DNA from: a virus
Lineage: Duplodnaviria; Caudoviricetes
IMG/VR virus record: IMGVR_UViG_3300031993_000008
Span: 160,001-224,000 of that record
Reading direction: 5' to 3' (one strand)
DNA length: 64,000 nt
In this document: positions 39,301 to 48,538 of the stretch, piece by piece
Layout of the letters: every line of letters begins with the position of its first letter
Position numbering within the stretch: the stretch's first letter is position 1
Notes under the pieces: generated by a model
Told to the model about the DNA's origin: nothing
Database searches by the model: none
Seen by the model: only the letters and a program-made list of their open reading frames with translations
Translations under genes and position numbers: made by a program

Positions 39301-40075
39301 AAATAGACTTCCAAAAACATGGACAAAGGCAGAAACTGCTGTTGGTAATATCCTTAAAGATAAGAAGACAGTAATAAGACTCTCCAAATCAAAAGGATTA
39401 GATGAGTCAACATTAAAGACTGTCAACAAAATGAATATAAGGTTATCAAAACTTTTATCTCAGGAAATGCCTAATACATATACTGTTATACCAAAGATAC
39501 AGACAGCATATGGATTTACTGATTTGGGTAAAATTTATAATGATGAACTTGGAGAAATTGATGAAGATACAACATTTGTAACAACCCATAAGATTGGATA
39601 TGAAGATAAGGATAAGTATGGTAAGGGTCCAGAAACTTGTGATTCATTTTTGTTCTTGAGTCCTGTTAGTCATACTGATATTCAGGTTGATGGAGATACA
39701 TTTGATTCAAGTAAGAAACTGAAGAGTGGTGAATCATTAAGAGTTCCTGTTATTTATCAGTATAGAATGACAGATTATGAGGGTAAGATTTTTGGTACAT
39801 ATGAGAATAATACAGATCCAATTATTGTAAATACAAAATATGCCAACATCATAGGTATTGACATCTGGACAGACAGGAATGCACAGAGACCAAAACAGTA
39901 TGATATCATTGTTTATTCTACTTATGGTACTACAACAAATACCAACACAAGTACTACAAAGACTTCATCACAGCAGACTTTGATAAATGTTGGTAATAAG
40001 ATTGCCAAGAATCTTAATAACTTGATTACATCCAGCAAGACTGTTCCAAAACTTAAAAGAAATTTGAAAAAGTAA
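36347..40075 (+). CDS. Large putative virion structural protein (beta-rich, central coiled coil, FN3-like segment)
   Basis: 1242 aa. CATAAATA upstream. KIRYRY...EIQVKSVSEAGWP...SDWSEPI is FN3-like. Confidence 0.55.
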   Translation: MKIKNSLSTYLEQAMVMTGNSLETIDKISDAVVSSEDSVKLVLTDPNDPKKSVEYTIPSLQYLKSEIDRLSASFNTMTNITDGAGSKVRLSDGSYRKIIASKVPSEAPTITSVKGITNFNFKSNWFFEDMLNPLLYVTWDMSSQISPDTEKVMIQRWILKCDTQAKIDTFNKDIKGRNDINYKEFLTFIKDNQIKYTLDDEIKDLPPRSRRYYGTFSVIRVETEKDSNGNNVRRYILDSLEFTDSRSGFENTRVLTPGDFVEVNTNPVTTRYEVIYVEASENKIGLKCIEGSEPIKIGADVLKISASQDTIVSVDVPVGYNERQVIFVKSIDPDSHMPSTRWSPGVGFYTNELTYKDNNGTTQTLQKFYQKNVVDFGQVLLSYATDYYPSIREGIKPNAPVLNYANGEGDFKIVQINTQLTETADDETFRSDISDKVRIQSELDNMADEIAKKKELIQSSQYANTDELMKAQSDLSTLINNQSIKVAEYNAVVNKIKARAESGNIVTPKYRVRGFWNIPDSKISPSSGEQKIIKFKIRYRYLSEYGNTNKEEEFTYKSGNVNVTGRFSNWNEIETKTRRRVKNENTGYWEWEKIDTADPDEVNINQLDIPINPDEQVEIQVKSVSEAGWPANPMESDWSEPITVAFSEFGELQADDVTELVAQNRVDAAVANVTKMFSESAAHMNTSFYTNDKYFAHTAESITSGFLSPEQTPITLYDKLQELQNQITEIIERINSEVGDITVNLYDDSDEHKVYTLTEGGTTYIYAGDYMSAVKNVTDQNGAIITKKYYIDISTDTQSGLFLLSKLTGNRLSMCPNTIISEGETVVDSVEDGNDYAMYDNVITPTTASGLYYKEQGRYDLVPINLTNSDMVDLQIASPSMYQSAQCRGQFIYSRFRNIGDTFDMYANCLENAESGTTTTTSNEEESTVPPTFKYNAKFVDGEKTYSYSSAASITQENILKEYNLLTGSNVPLNTTIPDGVYKIINRLPKTWTKAETAVGNILKDKKTVIRLSKSKGLDESTLKTVNKMNIRLSKLLSQEMPNTYTVIPKIQTAYGFTDLGKIYNDELGEIDEDTTFVTTHKIGYEDKDKYGKGPETCDSFLFLSPVSHTDIQVDGDTFDSSKKLKSGESLRVPVIYQYRMTDYEGKIFGTYENNTDPIIVNTKYANIIGIDIWTDRNAQRPKQYDIIVYSTYGTTTNTNTSTTKTSSQQTLINVGNKIAKNLNNLITSSKTVPKLKRNLKK

Positions 40076-40081
40076 TATTGA

Positions 40082-40120
40082 AAATGGGAGAAATTAATGA
40101 TATTTCTCCCATTTGCTTTT
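40082..40120 (+). terminator. Intrinsic terminator
   Basis: AAATGGGAGAAAT...ATTTCTCCCATTT. Confidence 0.75.
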
Positions 40121-40128
40121 CATAAATA
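40121..40128 (+). promoter_or_regulatory. CATAAATA putative late promoter
   Basis: After a hairpin, upstream of 40160. Confidence 0.7.
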
Positions 40129-40159
40129 ATATATAAGAAACAACCATAAAAACAATAAT

Positions 40160-41605
40160 ATGAAAAAGAATTACAATTACAACTATGTAAATAGAACAAC
40201 TGTTAAAAAACCAGCAGTAGAGTATGGTAATGTTGAAGTTGCTTCTTGTACATCTTCAAAGTTGAAGGATGAGGCCATTTCTAATGGTATAGTATGGCAT
40301 ACAACAGATACCAATGAGTTCTATTATGATTGGAATGGTAAGAGAATTAAATTGAGTCTTACTGGTGACAATGCAAGTATGGCAGCAGAAATCAATAAGA
40401 TCAAATCAGATGTTGCCAAACTGAATCCTGAAAATTTGGATGCCCTTGAAACCAAAGTTAATACAGCTGTTTCAAAAGTTAACACAATGTCTACAAGAGT
40501 TAACAATGCTGTTTCTACTGCACAGAGTGCAGCACAGGCAGCACAGGATGCTGCATCACAGGTTGAAGGTAAAGTCAATGCATCTGATTTAGCAGAAGTT
40601 GCCACAAGTGGTAGTTACAATGACTTGTCTGATAAACCAAATCTCAATAATTATGCAACAAAGAGTGAGATTCCTTCAGTTGAAGGTCTTGCATCAGAGT
40701 CTTGGGTAGAAGGTAAGGGTTATCTTACTGAACACCAGTCATTGAGTGCATATGCAAAGAAGACAGATATTCCAGATGTTAGTAATCTTGCAACAAAGAG
40801 TGAGATTCCTTCAGTTGAAGGTCTTGCATCAGAGTCTTGGGTAGAAGGTAAGGGTTATCTTACTTCACACCAGGATATTTCTGGTAAGGCAGATAAGGCA
40901 GAACTTCCTACAAAGGTCAGTGATTTGACAAATGATGCCGGTTACCTCAAGGAGGAAGACCTTCCTGATTTCTTGACTGACAGTGACCTTCCAGATATGA
41001 CAGAAGGTTCATTCCCAACTGGTGATGATGTTGAACATGCAAGTGCTGATGCTGATGGTCTTGCAACAGTCCAGGATGTAATGGACTATGTCCGTGCATA
41101 CTTTGAAAAAAAAAAGGATGAGTTAGAACCAGAAGGTTCAGAAGTTCCTGTTGCAATACCTTATCTTTATACCAATGGTTATAAGAGGGGTGACACAGCA
41201 ACTGAACTGACAGACCCTCTTAATGCATATGAGATTGAACTTGATGGTAATGGTGAGTTTGTAATTGAACTCCTCCACAAGGATGAGTCAGATGGTTACT
41301 TTGATCCAGAAGGTGACCCAGCAGATAATGATCCTGGTATATATTTCAAGGTTATTCTTCCTACCGGATATAATATGACAGTTTATTCTTGGAATCCAGA
41401 AGCAACAGGTGATGATAAATATGAATTGGCTTCAACAAATGATCCAGGATCTAATTTGGTTGCCTATGATGTAACACCAGATAATACAACATATTATTAC
41501 AGTGTTGTTGCTATTAAATATTTGTGGGGTGGAGGTAAAGGTGTAGAGAATTCTATTAATACATATGGTCATCTTCTCAAAGTAGTTGTTACAAAGAATA
41601 TTTAA
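40160..41605 (+). CDS. Tail-fibre-like protein with short repeats
   Basis: Coiled coil followed by VATSGSYNDLSDKP, GYLTEHQSL and PTKVSDLTNDAGYL repeats. Confidence 0.7.
   Translation: MKKNYNYNYVNRTTVKKPAVEYGNVEVASCTSSKLKDEAISNGIVWHTTDTNEFYYDWNGKRIKLSLTGDNASMAAEINKIKSDVAKLNPENLDALETKVNTAVSKVNTMSTRVNNAVSTAQSAAQAAQDAASQVEGKVNASDLAEVATSGSYNDLSDKPNLNNYATKSEIPSVEGLASESWVEGKGYLTEHQSLSAYAKKTDIPDVSNLATKSEIPSVEGLASESWVEGKGYLTSHQDISGKADKAELPTKVSDLTNDAGYLKEEDLPDFLTDSDLPDMTEGSFPTGDDVEHASADADGLATVQDVMDYVRAYFEKKKDELEPEGSEVPVAIPYLYTNGYKRGDTATELTDPLNAYEIELDGNGEFVIELLHKDESDGYFDPEGDPADNDPGIYFKVILPTGYNMTVYSWNPEATGDDKYELASTNDPGSNLVAYDVTPDNTTYYYSVVAIKYLWGGGKGVENSINTYGHLLKVVVTKNI
40654..40864 (+). repeat. 76-nt identical intragenic direct repeat (40654-40729, 40789-40864)
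   Basis: TGCAACAAAGAGTGAG...GGTTATCTTACT occurs twice. Confidence 0.9.
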
Positions 41606-41624
41606 AATAAACACATAATAAGAT

Positions 41625-43916
41625 ATGGGAAAAATTTATGATGGTAGTGCTCCATTATCAAAAGTGTATGATGTAAGTATCAATGCACCTCTTGATAATA
41701 GAATTGCAGTCAGATATGTTGCGGACTTGACTACTGGTGAGAATGGAGGTATTGCTGCTCAAGTTTATAAAGGTATGATTGTATATGTACAGGAAGATAA
41801 CTCTTTGTACATTTATACTGGTCAGTCTAATAATAAATGGAAAACATCAACAGGTAAACTTGTAAATGGCGGTGATATAAACAACTGGAAGAAAGTTGAC
41901 TCATTCCTTGATCCTTCAGTTAACCTTCAGTACTATGCAGAAAAGATTGGTGCCAAAATCTTTGAGACTGAAGATGAACTGACAGGTACAATTGATTCAG
42001 CATATCGTGGAATGTTCGCTGTTGTTACTGGAGATTCAGATGAAACAACAGTTGAAGAAACAGGTTTGTATATTCTCCTTGATGATGACAATACCAACAT
42101 TGCTAACTGGATGAAGATTGATTCAGGTAATGGTGATTATGTCACAAGAGATGAACTTGATGAATATCTCAAGAAGAATGAACTTCCTGATTTCCTGACA
42201 GACAGTGACCTTGACGGTTATGTAAAGGTTGAAGATCTTGATGGTTATTTGAAACCAGAGGATATTGCAGACCTTGCTTCAAAATCAGATCTTGATGGTT
42301 ATGTGAAGGTTCAGGATGCACTTGATTTCCTGACAGACAGTGACCTTGACGGTTATGCAACAGAACAATGGGTAGAAAACCAGGGTTACCTTAAAGAACA
42401 CCAGTCACTTGACGGTTATGCAACAGAACAATGGGTAGAAAATAAAGGTTATCTTACAGAACATCAGGATTTGAGTGACTATGCAAAGCATGTTGATCTC
42501 ATTGACTTCCTTACAAATGAAGACCTTGGTGACTATGTAAAGAGAGAGGAACTCACACCTTATCTTACAGCAGAAGATATTGAAGACCTTGCTGCAAAGT
42601 CAGACCTTGATGGTTATGTAAAGAAAGAGGATGCTCTTGAATATCTTACAGCAAGTGACCTTGACATATATGCTACCAAGAGTTATGTTGACAAGAAGAT
42701 TACTGACCTTGTTGGTGGTGCCCCAGAAACACTTGACACATTGAAAGAAATAGCAGAAGCACTTGAGGATAATGCCACAATGCAGATGGTTTCAGATGCC
42801 ATCTCAACAAAGGCCAACAGTGCTGATGTATATAAGAAGAATGAGGTTTATACCAAGGCTGAGGTTGATGTAAAGATTGATGCACTTCCTGATGAGGGTA
42901 CATTCCCGGAGATTGGAGACAGTGAAGCAGAGTTCAATGATGGTCTTGCAACTGTTGGAGGTGTTATAGATTATGTTGCTGATGCAATTTCAGAAGCAGC
43001 ACCAGACTTGAGTGGTTTTGCAGAGAAGTCTGAAATTCCAACCAAAGTGAGTGACCTTGCAAATGATGCAGGTTATATTACAGAACACCAGGATTTGAGT
43101 GACTATGCCACAAAGGATGAGATTCCTACTGTTCCTGAAAATGTAAGTGAGTTCACAAATGATGCTGGTTACCTTACCGAACATCAGTCACTTGAAGACT
43201 ATGCTACCAAGGATTATGTTGATATTGCCATAGCAACTGTTCCTGAACATTCAGAGGTTATAACAACAGATGGTACACAGCCAACATCAGGTAGTGGTAT
43301 TTCTGTTTCAGATAATTCAGAGAATGCATTTGTTGAAGAGGTTTATGTTGATGATTATCTCCATGCTGGCATTTACTACACAAGTAAGGGTATTGCCAGT
43401 TCAGATAAGAATGGAGGCAGTGAACTTGAAGGTGTAGGACATATTGTATTATCCAATGGTGGAAATTCTTGGATTAAGATAAATTCAAGAGGTGTAATGA
43501 CTGTACTTATTGAAGATGATTCACTTGGATTCAATGCAGAAAATATTGTTGGTCTTATTTCAAATGATCATGAATATATAAATCCTTATGAAGGACATGC
43601 ATATCCAGGTTCTCGTCTTACATTCTCTCTTGGTGGTGGTGATATGATCAAGTTTAATATTGATGTTGACTTCACTGGATTTACTGAAGTAAGGGATGAT
43701 GAGTCAGAGGAATACATCTTTGGTCAGACAGGTAGTAACTATGAAGACATTGACTTCTATTCAGTAAATGTTCTACCAACAGTAAATGCTTATGTGGATG
43801 GTGTTTCCACCAGAGTATTGACTGAGGGTGACAAGCTTGAACTTGCTAATATGATTGATGAGAAATCATCAATTCAACCAATTTCCAACCAGGAAATTTT
43901 GAATTTGTTTATTTAA
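41625..43916 (+). CDS. Tail-fibre-like protein with short repeats
   Basis: N-terminal APLDNR...YKGMIVYV. DLDGYATEQWVENQGYLKEHQSL repeats. LVGGAPETLDTLKEIAEAL fibre motif. Confidence 0.75.
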   Translation: MGKIYDGSAPLSKVYDVSINAPLDNRIAVRYVADLTTGENGGIAAQVYKGMIVYVQEDNSLYIYTGQSNNKWKTSTGKLVNGGDINNWKKVDSFLDPSVNLQYYAEKIGAKIFETEDELTGTIDSAYRGMFAVVTGDSDETTVEETGLYILLDDDNTNIANWMKIDSGNGDYVTRDELDEYLKKNELPDFLTDSDLDGYVKVEDLDGYLKPEDIADLASKSDLDGYVKVQDALDFLTDSDLDGYATEQWVENQGYLKEHQSLDGYATEQWVENKGYLTEHQDLSDYAKHVDLIDFLTNEDLGDYVKREELTPYLTAEDIEDLAAKSDLDGYVKKEDALEYLTASDLDIYATKSYVDKKITDLVGGAPETLDTLKEIAEALEDNATMQMVSDAISTKANSADVYKKNEVYTKAEVDVKIDALPDEGTFPEIGDSEAEFNDGLATVGGVIDYVADAISEAAPDLSGFAEKSEIPTKVSDLANDAGYITEHQDLSDYATKDEIPTVPENVSEFTNDAGYLTEHQSLEDYATKDYVDIAIATVPEHSEVITTDGTQPTSGSGISVSDNSENAFVEEVYVDDYLHAGIYYTSKGIASSDKNGGSELEGVGHIVLSNGGNSWIKINSRGVMTVLIEDDSLGFNAENIVGLISNDHEYINPYEGHAYPGSRLTFSLGGGDMIKFNIDVDFTGFTEVRDDESEEYIFGQTGSNYEDIDFYSVNVLPTVNAYVDGVSTRVLTEGDKLELANMIDEKSSIQPISNQEILNLFI

Positions 43917-43940
43917 GAAAAAATAAATTGAGTAAATATA

Positions 43941-44309
43941 ATGGACAACGCAGAAAAATATTTGAGTTATGAGGGTCTTGCTACTTATCAGGATGAATTG
44001 ATAAGAAGATTGACAGACCTTGATTATGACCCTAACAGAATGTTTGCAGACAAGACAGAGTTATTCTCATTGGAGAAATGGGGTGTAAACAGGTTTGGTA
44101 GAGTTGTAGGATTGAAGGAAGGTTTGATGATCACCATTGATGGTCAAATCTGGCAGCTTGAAGATCCTGTGGTGTTCAATGGTATTCTTTCCGGAAGTCA
44201 ACCTGTGGAACAAAAGGTTCTTATTCCTATGGAAGATTTGGGTTGGAAAATTGTTGGCAACACTGTGGATTTTAATATCAATAACCATACTTTGGAATTG
44301 ACAAAATAA
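43941..44309 (+). CDS. Small fibre-associated protein
   Basis: KYLSYEGLATY N-terminus. Last gene before a terminator. Confidence 0.55.
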   Translation: MDNAEKYLSYEGLATYQDELIRRLTDLDYDPNRMFADKTELFSLEKWGVNRFGRVVGLKEGLMITIDGQIWQLEDPVVFNGILSGSQPVEQKVLIPMEDLGWKIVGNTVDFNINNHTLELTK

Positions 44310-44327
44310 GTTGACATAATAAGTATT

Positions 44328-44364
44328 AAATGTTGGTCAGAAGGTATTCTGACCAACATTTTTT
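44328..44364 (+). terminator. Intrinsic terminator
   Basis: AAATGTTGGTCAGAA-GGTA-TTCTGACCAACATTT followed by a T-run. Confidence 0.8.
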
Positions 44365-44371
44365 ATTATTT

Positions 44372-44379
44372 CATAAATA
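44372..44379 (+). promoter_or_regulatory. CATAAATA putative late promoter
   Basis: Upstream of the glycosyltransferase cluster. Confidence 0.7.
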
Positions 44380-44411
44380 TCTTGAAGGTTTAATCTTTAA
44401 TAACTTTATAA

Positions 44412-45137
44412 ATGATTGTAGTTACATTGACATCCTGGACAAAGAGAATCAAAAATGTCAAGGTTGTTGTAGAAAGTATAATGAACAATACTGTCCAACC
44501 AGACAGGGTATATCTTAATTTAAGTCAGACAGAGTTTGAGGGAATTGAATTACCCAAGGACCTGGTTGACTATTTTAATTCAGATGAGAGACTCATCATC
44601 AACTGGGTTCCAGGACCAAATACCAAGTCAATGAAGAAAATATTTCCAATCCTGAAATATCTTCAGGATGATGATATTATTATTGATGCTGATGATGATA
44701 TTCTGTTTCCAAAGGATTTGATTGAAAGCAGACTGAAAGACTTTGAAGACAATGGCAGAAAATTCTGCATCACTTCCAATACACACAGAAGTGTAGGTTT
44801 CGAGGGAAAGATGTTGGTTGTATCTGCAATATCCCTGTTCCAGAAAAAGATGTTGAACCACTGGCAGAAATTTGTGAACCAGGTTATATTGAATACAAAC
44901 AATGATGACAGGACATACCTTCATCTTATCTGGTTGAATGGATATCTCAACAGGGGTTGTACAAAATGGGATATACAAACCTTACTTGAGAAGTATGATA
45001 TGAATGTTGGATTCACCTTGGGTTCTGTGGTGGGGACAGGGTTCAAGACAGGAAGAATATATGACAGGATTGCCCAGAGGGAATTCAATAAGATTGCAGA
45101 AAGAGAAGTATATAAATCATTTGGTTTTTGGAAATAA
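44412..45137 (+). CDS. GT-A fold glycosyltransferase
   Basis: IVVTLTSW..RI, PDRVYLNLS, KKIFP.LK, IIIDADDDILFP and DD motifs. Confidence 0.8.
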   Translation: MIVVTLTSWTKRIKNVKVVVESIMNNTVQPDRVYLNLSQTEFEGIELPKDLVDYFNSDERLIINWVPGPNTKSMKKIFPILKYLQDDDIIIDADDDILFPKDLIESRLKDFEDNGRKFCITSNTHRSVGFEGKMLVVSAISLFQKKMLNHWQKFVNQVILNTNNDDRTYLHLIWLNGYLNRGCTKWDIQTLLEKYDMNVGFTLGSVVGTGFKTGRIYDRIAQREFNKIAEREVYKSFGFWK

Positions 45138-45138
45138 T

Positions 45139-46827
45139 ATGTTACACACACTGATAATCTGGCCTAATGCCATGAATAAGGAACAGTTCATCCTGGATGA
45201 TGTAAGGAAGTCATTCAAGATAAAGAGACTGTTTCATATGAACTGGACACAACAGGATTTCCTGAAGAATCTTTATGTGTTCTATGCCAGTATGGATGCT
45301 GCAAAGTTGGACACCACAGCATACAAGAATATGATTGTCAATAAGGTCAAGGTAAATGGTACCGGTAAGTTTGATGTTCTTGTTGTGGAGGATCCCAATC
45401 CGAAGATTGAACACACAAAGACCATAGGTGGTGAATGTGATGCCAATACCAACATATATGAGAAGAAGACATATTACAGGTCATTGACAAAACCTGGATA
45501 CAAGATTCATTCAAGTAACAACACCCAGGAAACCACCAGGGATTTGTTATCTTTATTCAACCTGACAGTGGATGAGTTTGAAAAGAAATACCAGGGTTAT
45601 GATGAGACACCTATTGAATATACAGAGAAGTCAAGGGGAGTCAAGGGTGGGTTTGACACCATATATGATTTCTTCAAGACTCTGAACAATAATATCAGGT
45701 ATTGTGTGTTGAGAGGATTCGAGAATCTTCCTGATGAGTATCCAGTTGATGGTGGTGACATTGATATCCTGGTTGAAGACAAGAGATTCTTCAAGTATCT
45801 GACTGATGGAAGGAAAGTTTATCCTGAAGTTTACAGAGTCCAGTATGAAGTGAATATTGCCAGTAAACCTGTGAAGGTTGATGTGAGGAATGTGGGAGAC
45901 AACTATTACTGCAAGAAATGGGAGGAAGATATTCTGGAGAGGAGATTGTTTGTGAACGGTATCTATATTCCTTGCAACAATGACTACAAGTATTCACTTC
46001 TGTATCATTGTCTTCTCCAGAAGAAAGAGATAAGTCCAAAATATAAGGACATCTTTGTATCATTCAATCTCATAGGAAGTAAGGAACATTTCCTTGATGA
46101 GTTGTCAGCATATATGATCAACAATATGTATGAGTATATCGCACCGTCAGACATCAGGGTATATTCCAATACAGAAAACATTGATGCTCTTACAGGAAAG
46201 AAGATTAAGAAACTTGGTGGAATATTGAATGGAACAATGTATCCTCTAATTGATTATGTGTATGAGAGAAAGAACAGTTTCATCAAGTATGGTATAAAGG
46301 AGGTCATTGATAATGAGAAGAAAGTTCTTTCAGGTATGTGGAGTCCTCATTTTCCAAGAGTCCTGGCATATGGTACGGATGGAAAATTCTCCAAGTTTGA
46401 GATGACAAGGGTTGATGGTGTGAGACTGGATAAGTTAAAGAGTTCACCCAACTTCCTCTCTGTCAATGGAGACAAGATATTCAATGGTCTTCTTGATGTC
46501 CTGATTGATCTGCTTGACAACAACATCATCCACAGGGATATCATAGGACATAATCTCCTGGTCAATACAACCACATTCAATATAGGTCTGATTGATTTCG
46601 GTTGGGGAGAATATATAACCAGTATGGACAAAGGTCTTCATCCTACACCATTGAAGAAATACAGACCGGATGATGGATTCTCCGACCCATATGCTATGGG
46701 TGTTGTCATTGATGAGATATTTGGTAACAGGTATAAAAACAAGACAGATATTCTGAAGACCATACATCATAAGGATTATAAGGATCCAAGCAGAATTAAG
46801 GAAATAATAAGATTATTATACATATGA
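45139..46827 (+). CDS. Fusion of a nucleotidyltransferase-like domain and a protein-kinase-like domain
   Basis: YCVLRGFENLP...GGDIDILV (NTase). IIHRDIIGHNLL...LIDFGW (kinase fold). Start at ATG 45139, right after the upstream stop. Confidence 0.7.
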   Translation: MLHTLIIWPNAMNKEQFILDDVRKSFKIKRLFHMNWTQQDFLKNLYVFYASMDAAKLDTTAYKNMIVNKVKVNGTGKFDVLVVEDPNPKIEHTKTIGGECDANTNIYEKKTYYRSLTKPGYKIHSSNNTQETTRDLLSLFNLTVDEFEKKYQGYDETPIEYTEKSRGVKGGFDTIYDFFKTLNNNIRYCVLRGFENLPDEYPVDGGDIDILVEDKRFFKYLTDGRKVYPEVYRVQYEVNIASKPVKVDVRNVGDNYYCKKWEEDILERRLFVNGIYIPCNNDYKYSLLYHCLLQKKEISPKYKDIFVSFNLIGSKEHFLDELSAYMINNMYEYIAPSDIRVYSNTENIDALTGKKIKKLGGILNGTMYPLIDYVYERKNSFIKYGIKEVIDNEKKVLSGMWSPHFPRVLAYGTDGKFSKFEMTRVDGVRLDKLKSSPNFLSVNGDKIFNGLLDVLIDLLDNNIIHRDIIGHNLLVNTTTFNIGLIDFGWGEYITSMDKGLHPTPLKKYRPDDGFSDPYAMGVVIDEIFGNRYKNKTDILKTIHHKDYKDPSRIKEIIRLLYI

Positions 46828-48500
46828 ACCCTAAAGTAATAGTAACACTGACATCTTATCCATATAGGTTCAAGAAACCCGAAATGATAACCTGTCTGAA
46901 ATCGTTGGTGAATCAGGAGACGGATGTACCATACAAGATTGTCTTCAACATATATGAGGGTGACATCAAGGAGATGCCTATCGAATTGTTCAAGTATGTT
47001 GAGAATAATAACATAGAACTTTACAGATGTCCCCTGGATCTCAGGTCACACAAGAAATACTACTATGTTATGCAGAAGTACAGAAACCTTCCAATCATAA
47101 CTGTGGATGATGACATTGTGTATTCAAAACACCTTGTCAATGATTTGTACTCATCATATATGAAGTATTCAAAGTGTGTATCTGCCTGTTACCTTTACAG
47201 GATGACATTTGATGCCAATGACAAACTCATATGTTCATTCAAGAAATGGGATAAGAAATATGACAAGTATGAACCTTCATTCAGGAACTCATTTGGTTCA
47301 GGAGGAGGTACATTGTTCCCTCCAGGATGTCTTGACATCTCTGAAAAGAGGATGCCTATGATAAAGAGTTATATTACCGATGATGAACTTCTTCTGAAGA
47401 AATGGTTGAATGATGCCGGCATTCCTGTTGTAAAATGCAGATATGACTGGACAGATGAGTCACATGGTGCAAAGAGTAAATGTGGTTCATATCTTGAGGC
47501 TGCCACATATGCCACAGACAACAACAGTCTCTGGAGGTCAGGAAACAATGTCAATATGGATAAACATATGAAGGAACTCCTGAGTATGTATAACTACAAG
47601 AAACTTGATGACACCATCAAACCTGATGTGGTGGTGACAATGACATCCTGGAAGAAAAGGATTGACAATGTGATGAAGACCATTGAGTCCTGCAACAACC
47701 AGACCAGGATCCCGGATAAGATATACCTGAACCTCTCAATAGAAGAGTTTCCTGGAATGAACAATGACATTCCTGAAAGTATTGTAAAGTATGAGGAGAG
47801 TCATAAGAACTTCATCATCAACTGGGTTGACGGTCCGAACACCAAACCATTCAAGAAGATGTTTCCAATTCTCAAGTATTGCAGATACAATGACATCATC
47901 ATAACTGTAGATGATGATATGATAATCCCGGAGGATTTTGTGGAAAACAGAGTCAATGATTTTGAGAAATACAGACAACCCATAACATCAGCAATATCTG
48001 TTGACAGACTGTTGGGATGTAACAAGATAAATGCGGGAAGTCTTTTCACCAAAAAGATGTTGTGGAACTGGGACAGGGTTCTGACAGACAAGGTGATAGA
48101 GACTTGTAATGATGACAGGACATACCTTTATATACTTTATCTGAATGGTTATATCCCAAGACTTGCATCAACATATGACATCAGGGACATATTCAAGTAT
48201 ATGCTTAATGAAGGTGCAGACAACAAATTGAGTAGTGTTGCATCAACATACAAATTCGGAAGACATTATGATGAGCATGTCAAGGATGTGATTATGAAGT
48301 TGACAGGGAAACCCATTGAGAAGTCATTCGGATATTTCAACAACAATAATTCCCAGAACCCATCCTGTGTTCCTTCATTTGTGAAACCTGAACCTGTAAA
48401 GAAGATGAATAAGATCCAGTCCTTGAGAAGGGACATTGAAGCAGGAAGGGTAGTGAGAGTTCCTGTTGTGGGAGGATTTGTCTGGAAGAGAGTTAAATAA
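46824..48500 (+). CDS. Tandem (two-domain) GT-A glycosyltransferase
   Basis: Two copies of V.VT.TS...R...IITVDDD. The second domain is paralogous to 44412-45137. Confidence 0.8.
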   Translation: MNPKVIVTLTSYPYRFKKPEMITCLKSLVNQETDVPYKIVFNIYEGDIKEMPIELFKYVENNNIELYRCPLDLRSHKKYYYVMQKYRNLPIITVDDDIVYSKHLVNDLYSSYMKYSKCVSACYLYRMTFDANDKLICSFKKWDKKYDKYEPSFRNSFGSGGGTLFPPGCLDISEKRMPMIKSYITDDELLLKKWLNDAGIPVVKCRYDWTDESHGAKSKCGSYLEAATYATDNNSLWRSGNNVNMDKHMKELLSMYNYKKLDDTIKPDVVVTMTSWKKRIDNVMKTIESCNNQTRIPDKIYLNLSIEEFPGMNNDIPESIVKYEESHKNFIINWVDGPNTKPFKKMFPILKYCRYNDIIITVDDDMIIPEDFVENRVNDFEKYRQPITSAISVDRLLGCNKINAGSLFTKKMLWNWDRVLTDKVIETCNDDRTYLYILYLNGYIPRLASTYDIRDIFKYMLNEGADNKLSSVASTYKFGRHYDEHVKDVIMKLTGKPIEKSFGYFNNNNSQNPSCVPSFVKPEPVKKMNKIQSLRRDIEAGRVVRVPVVGGFVWKRVK

Positions 48501-48501
48501 T

Positions 48502-48514
48502 TTTGTTATATTTA
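48502..48514 (+). promoter_or_regulatory. TTTGTTATATTTA putative early/middle promoter
   Basis: Upstream of 48539. Confidence 0.7.
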
Positions 48515-48538
48515 CAATAACCAATTAAATTATATTAT

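Noticed and set aside
42180-43210. CRISPR-like array
   Set aside because: The repeats are in-frame, degenerate peptide repeats of irregular period inside a CDS, and no cas genes are present.
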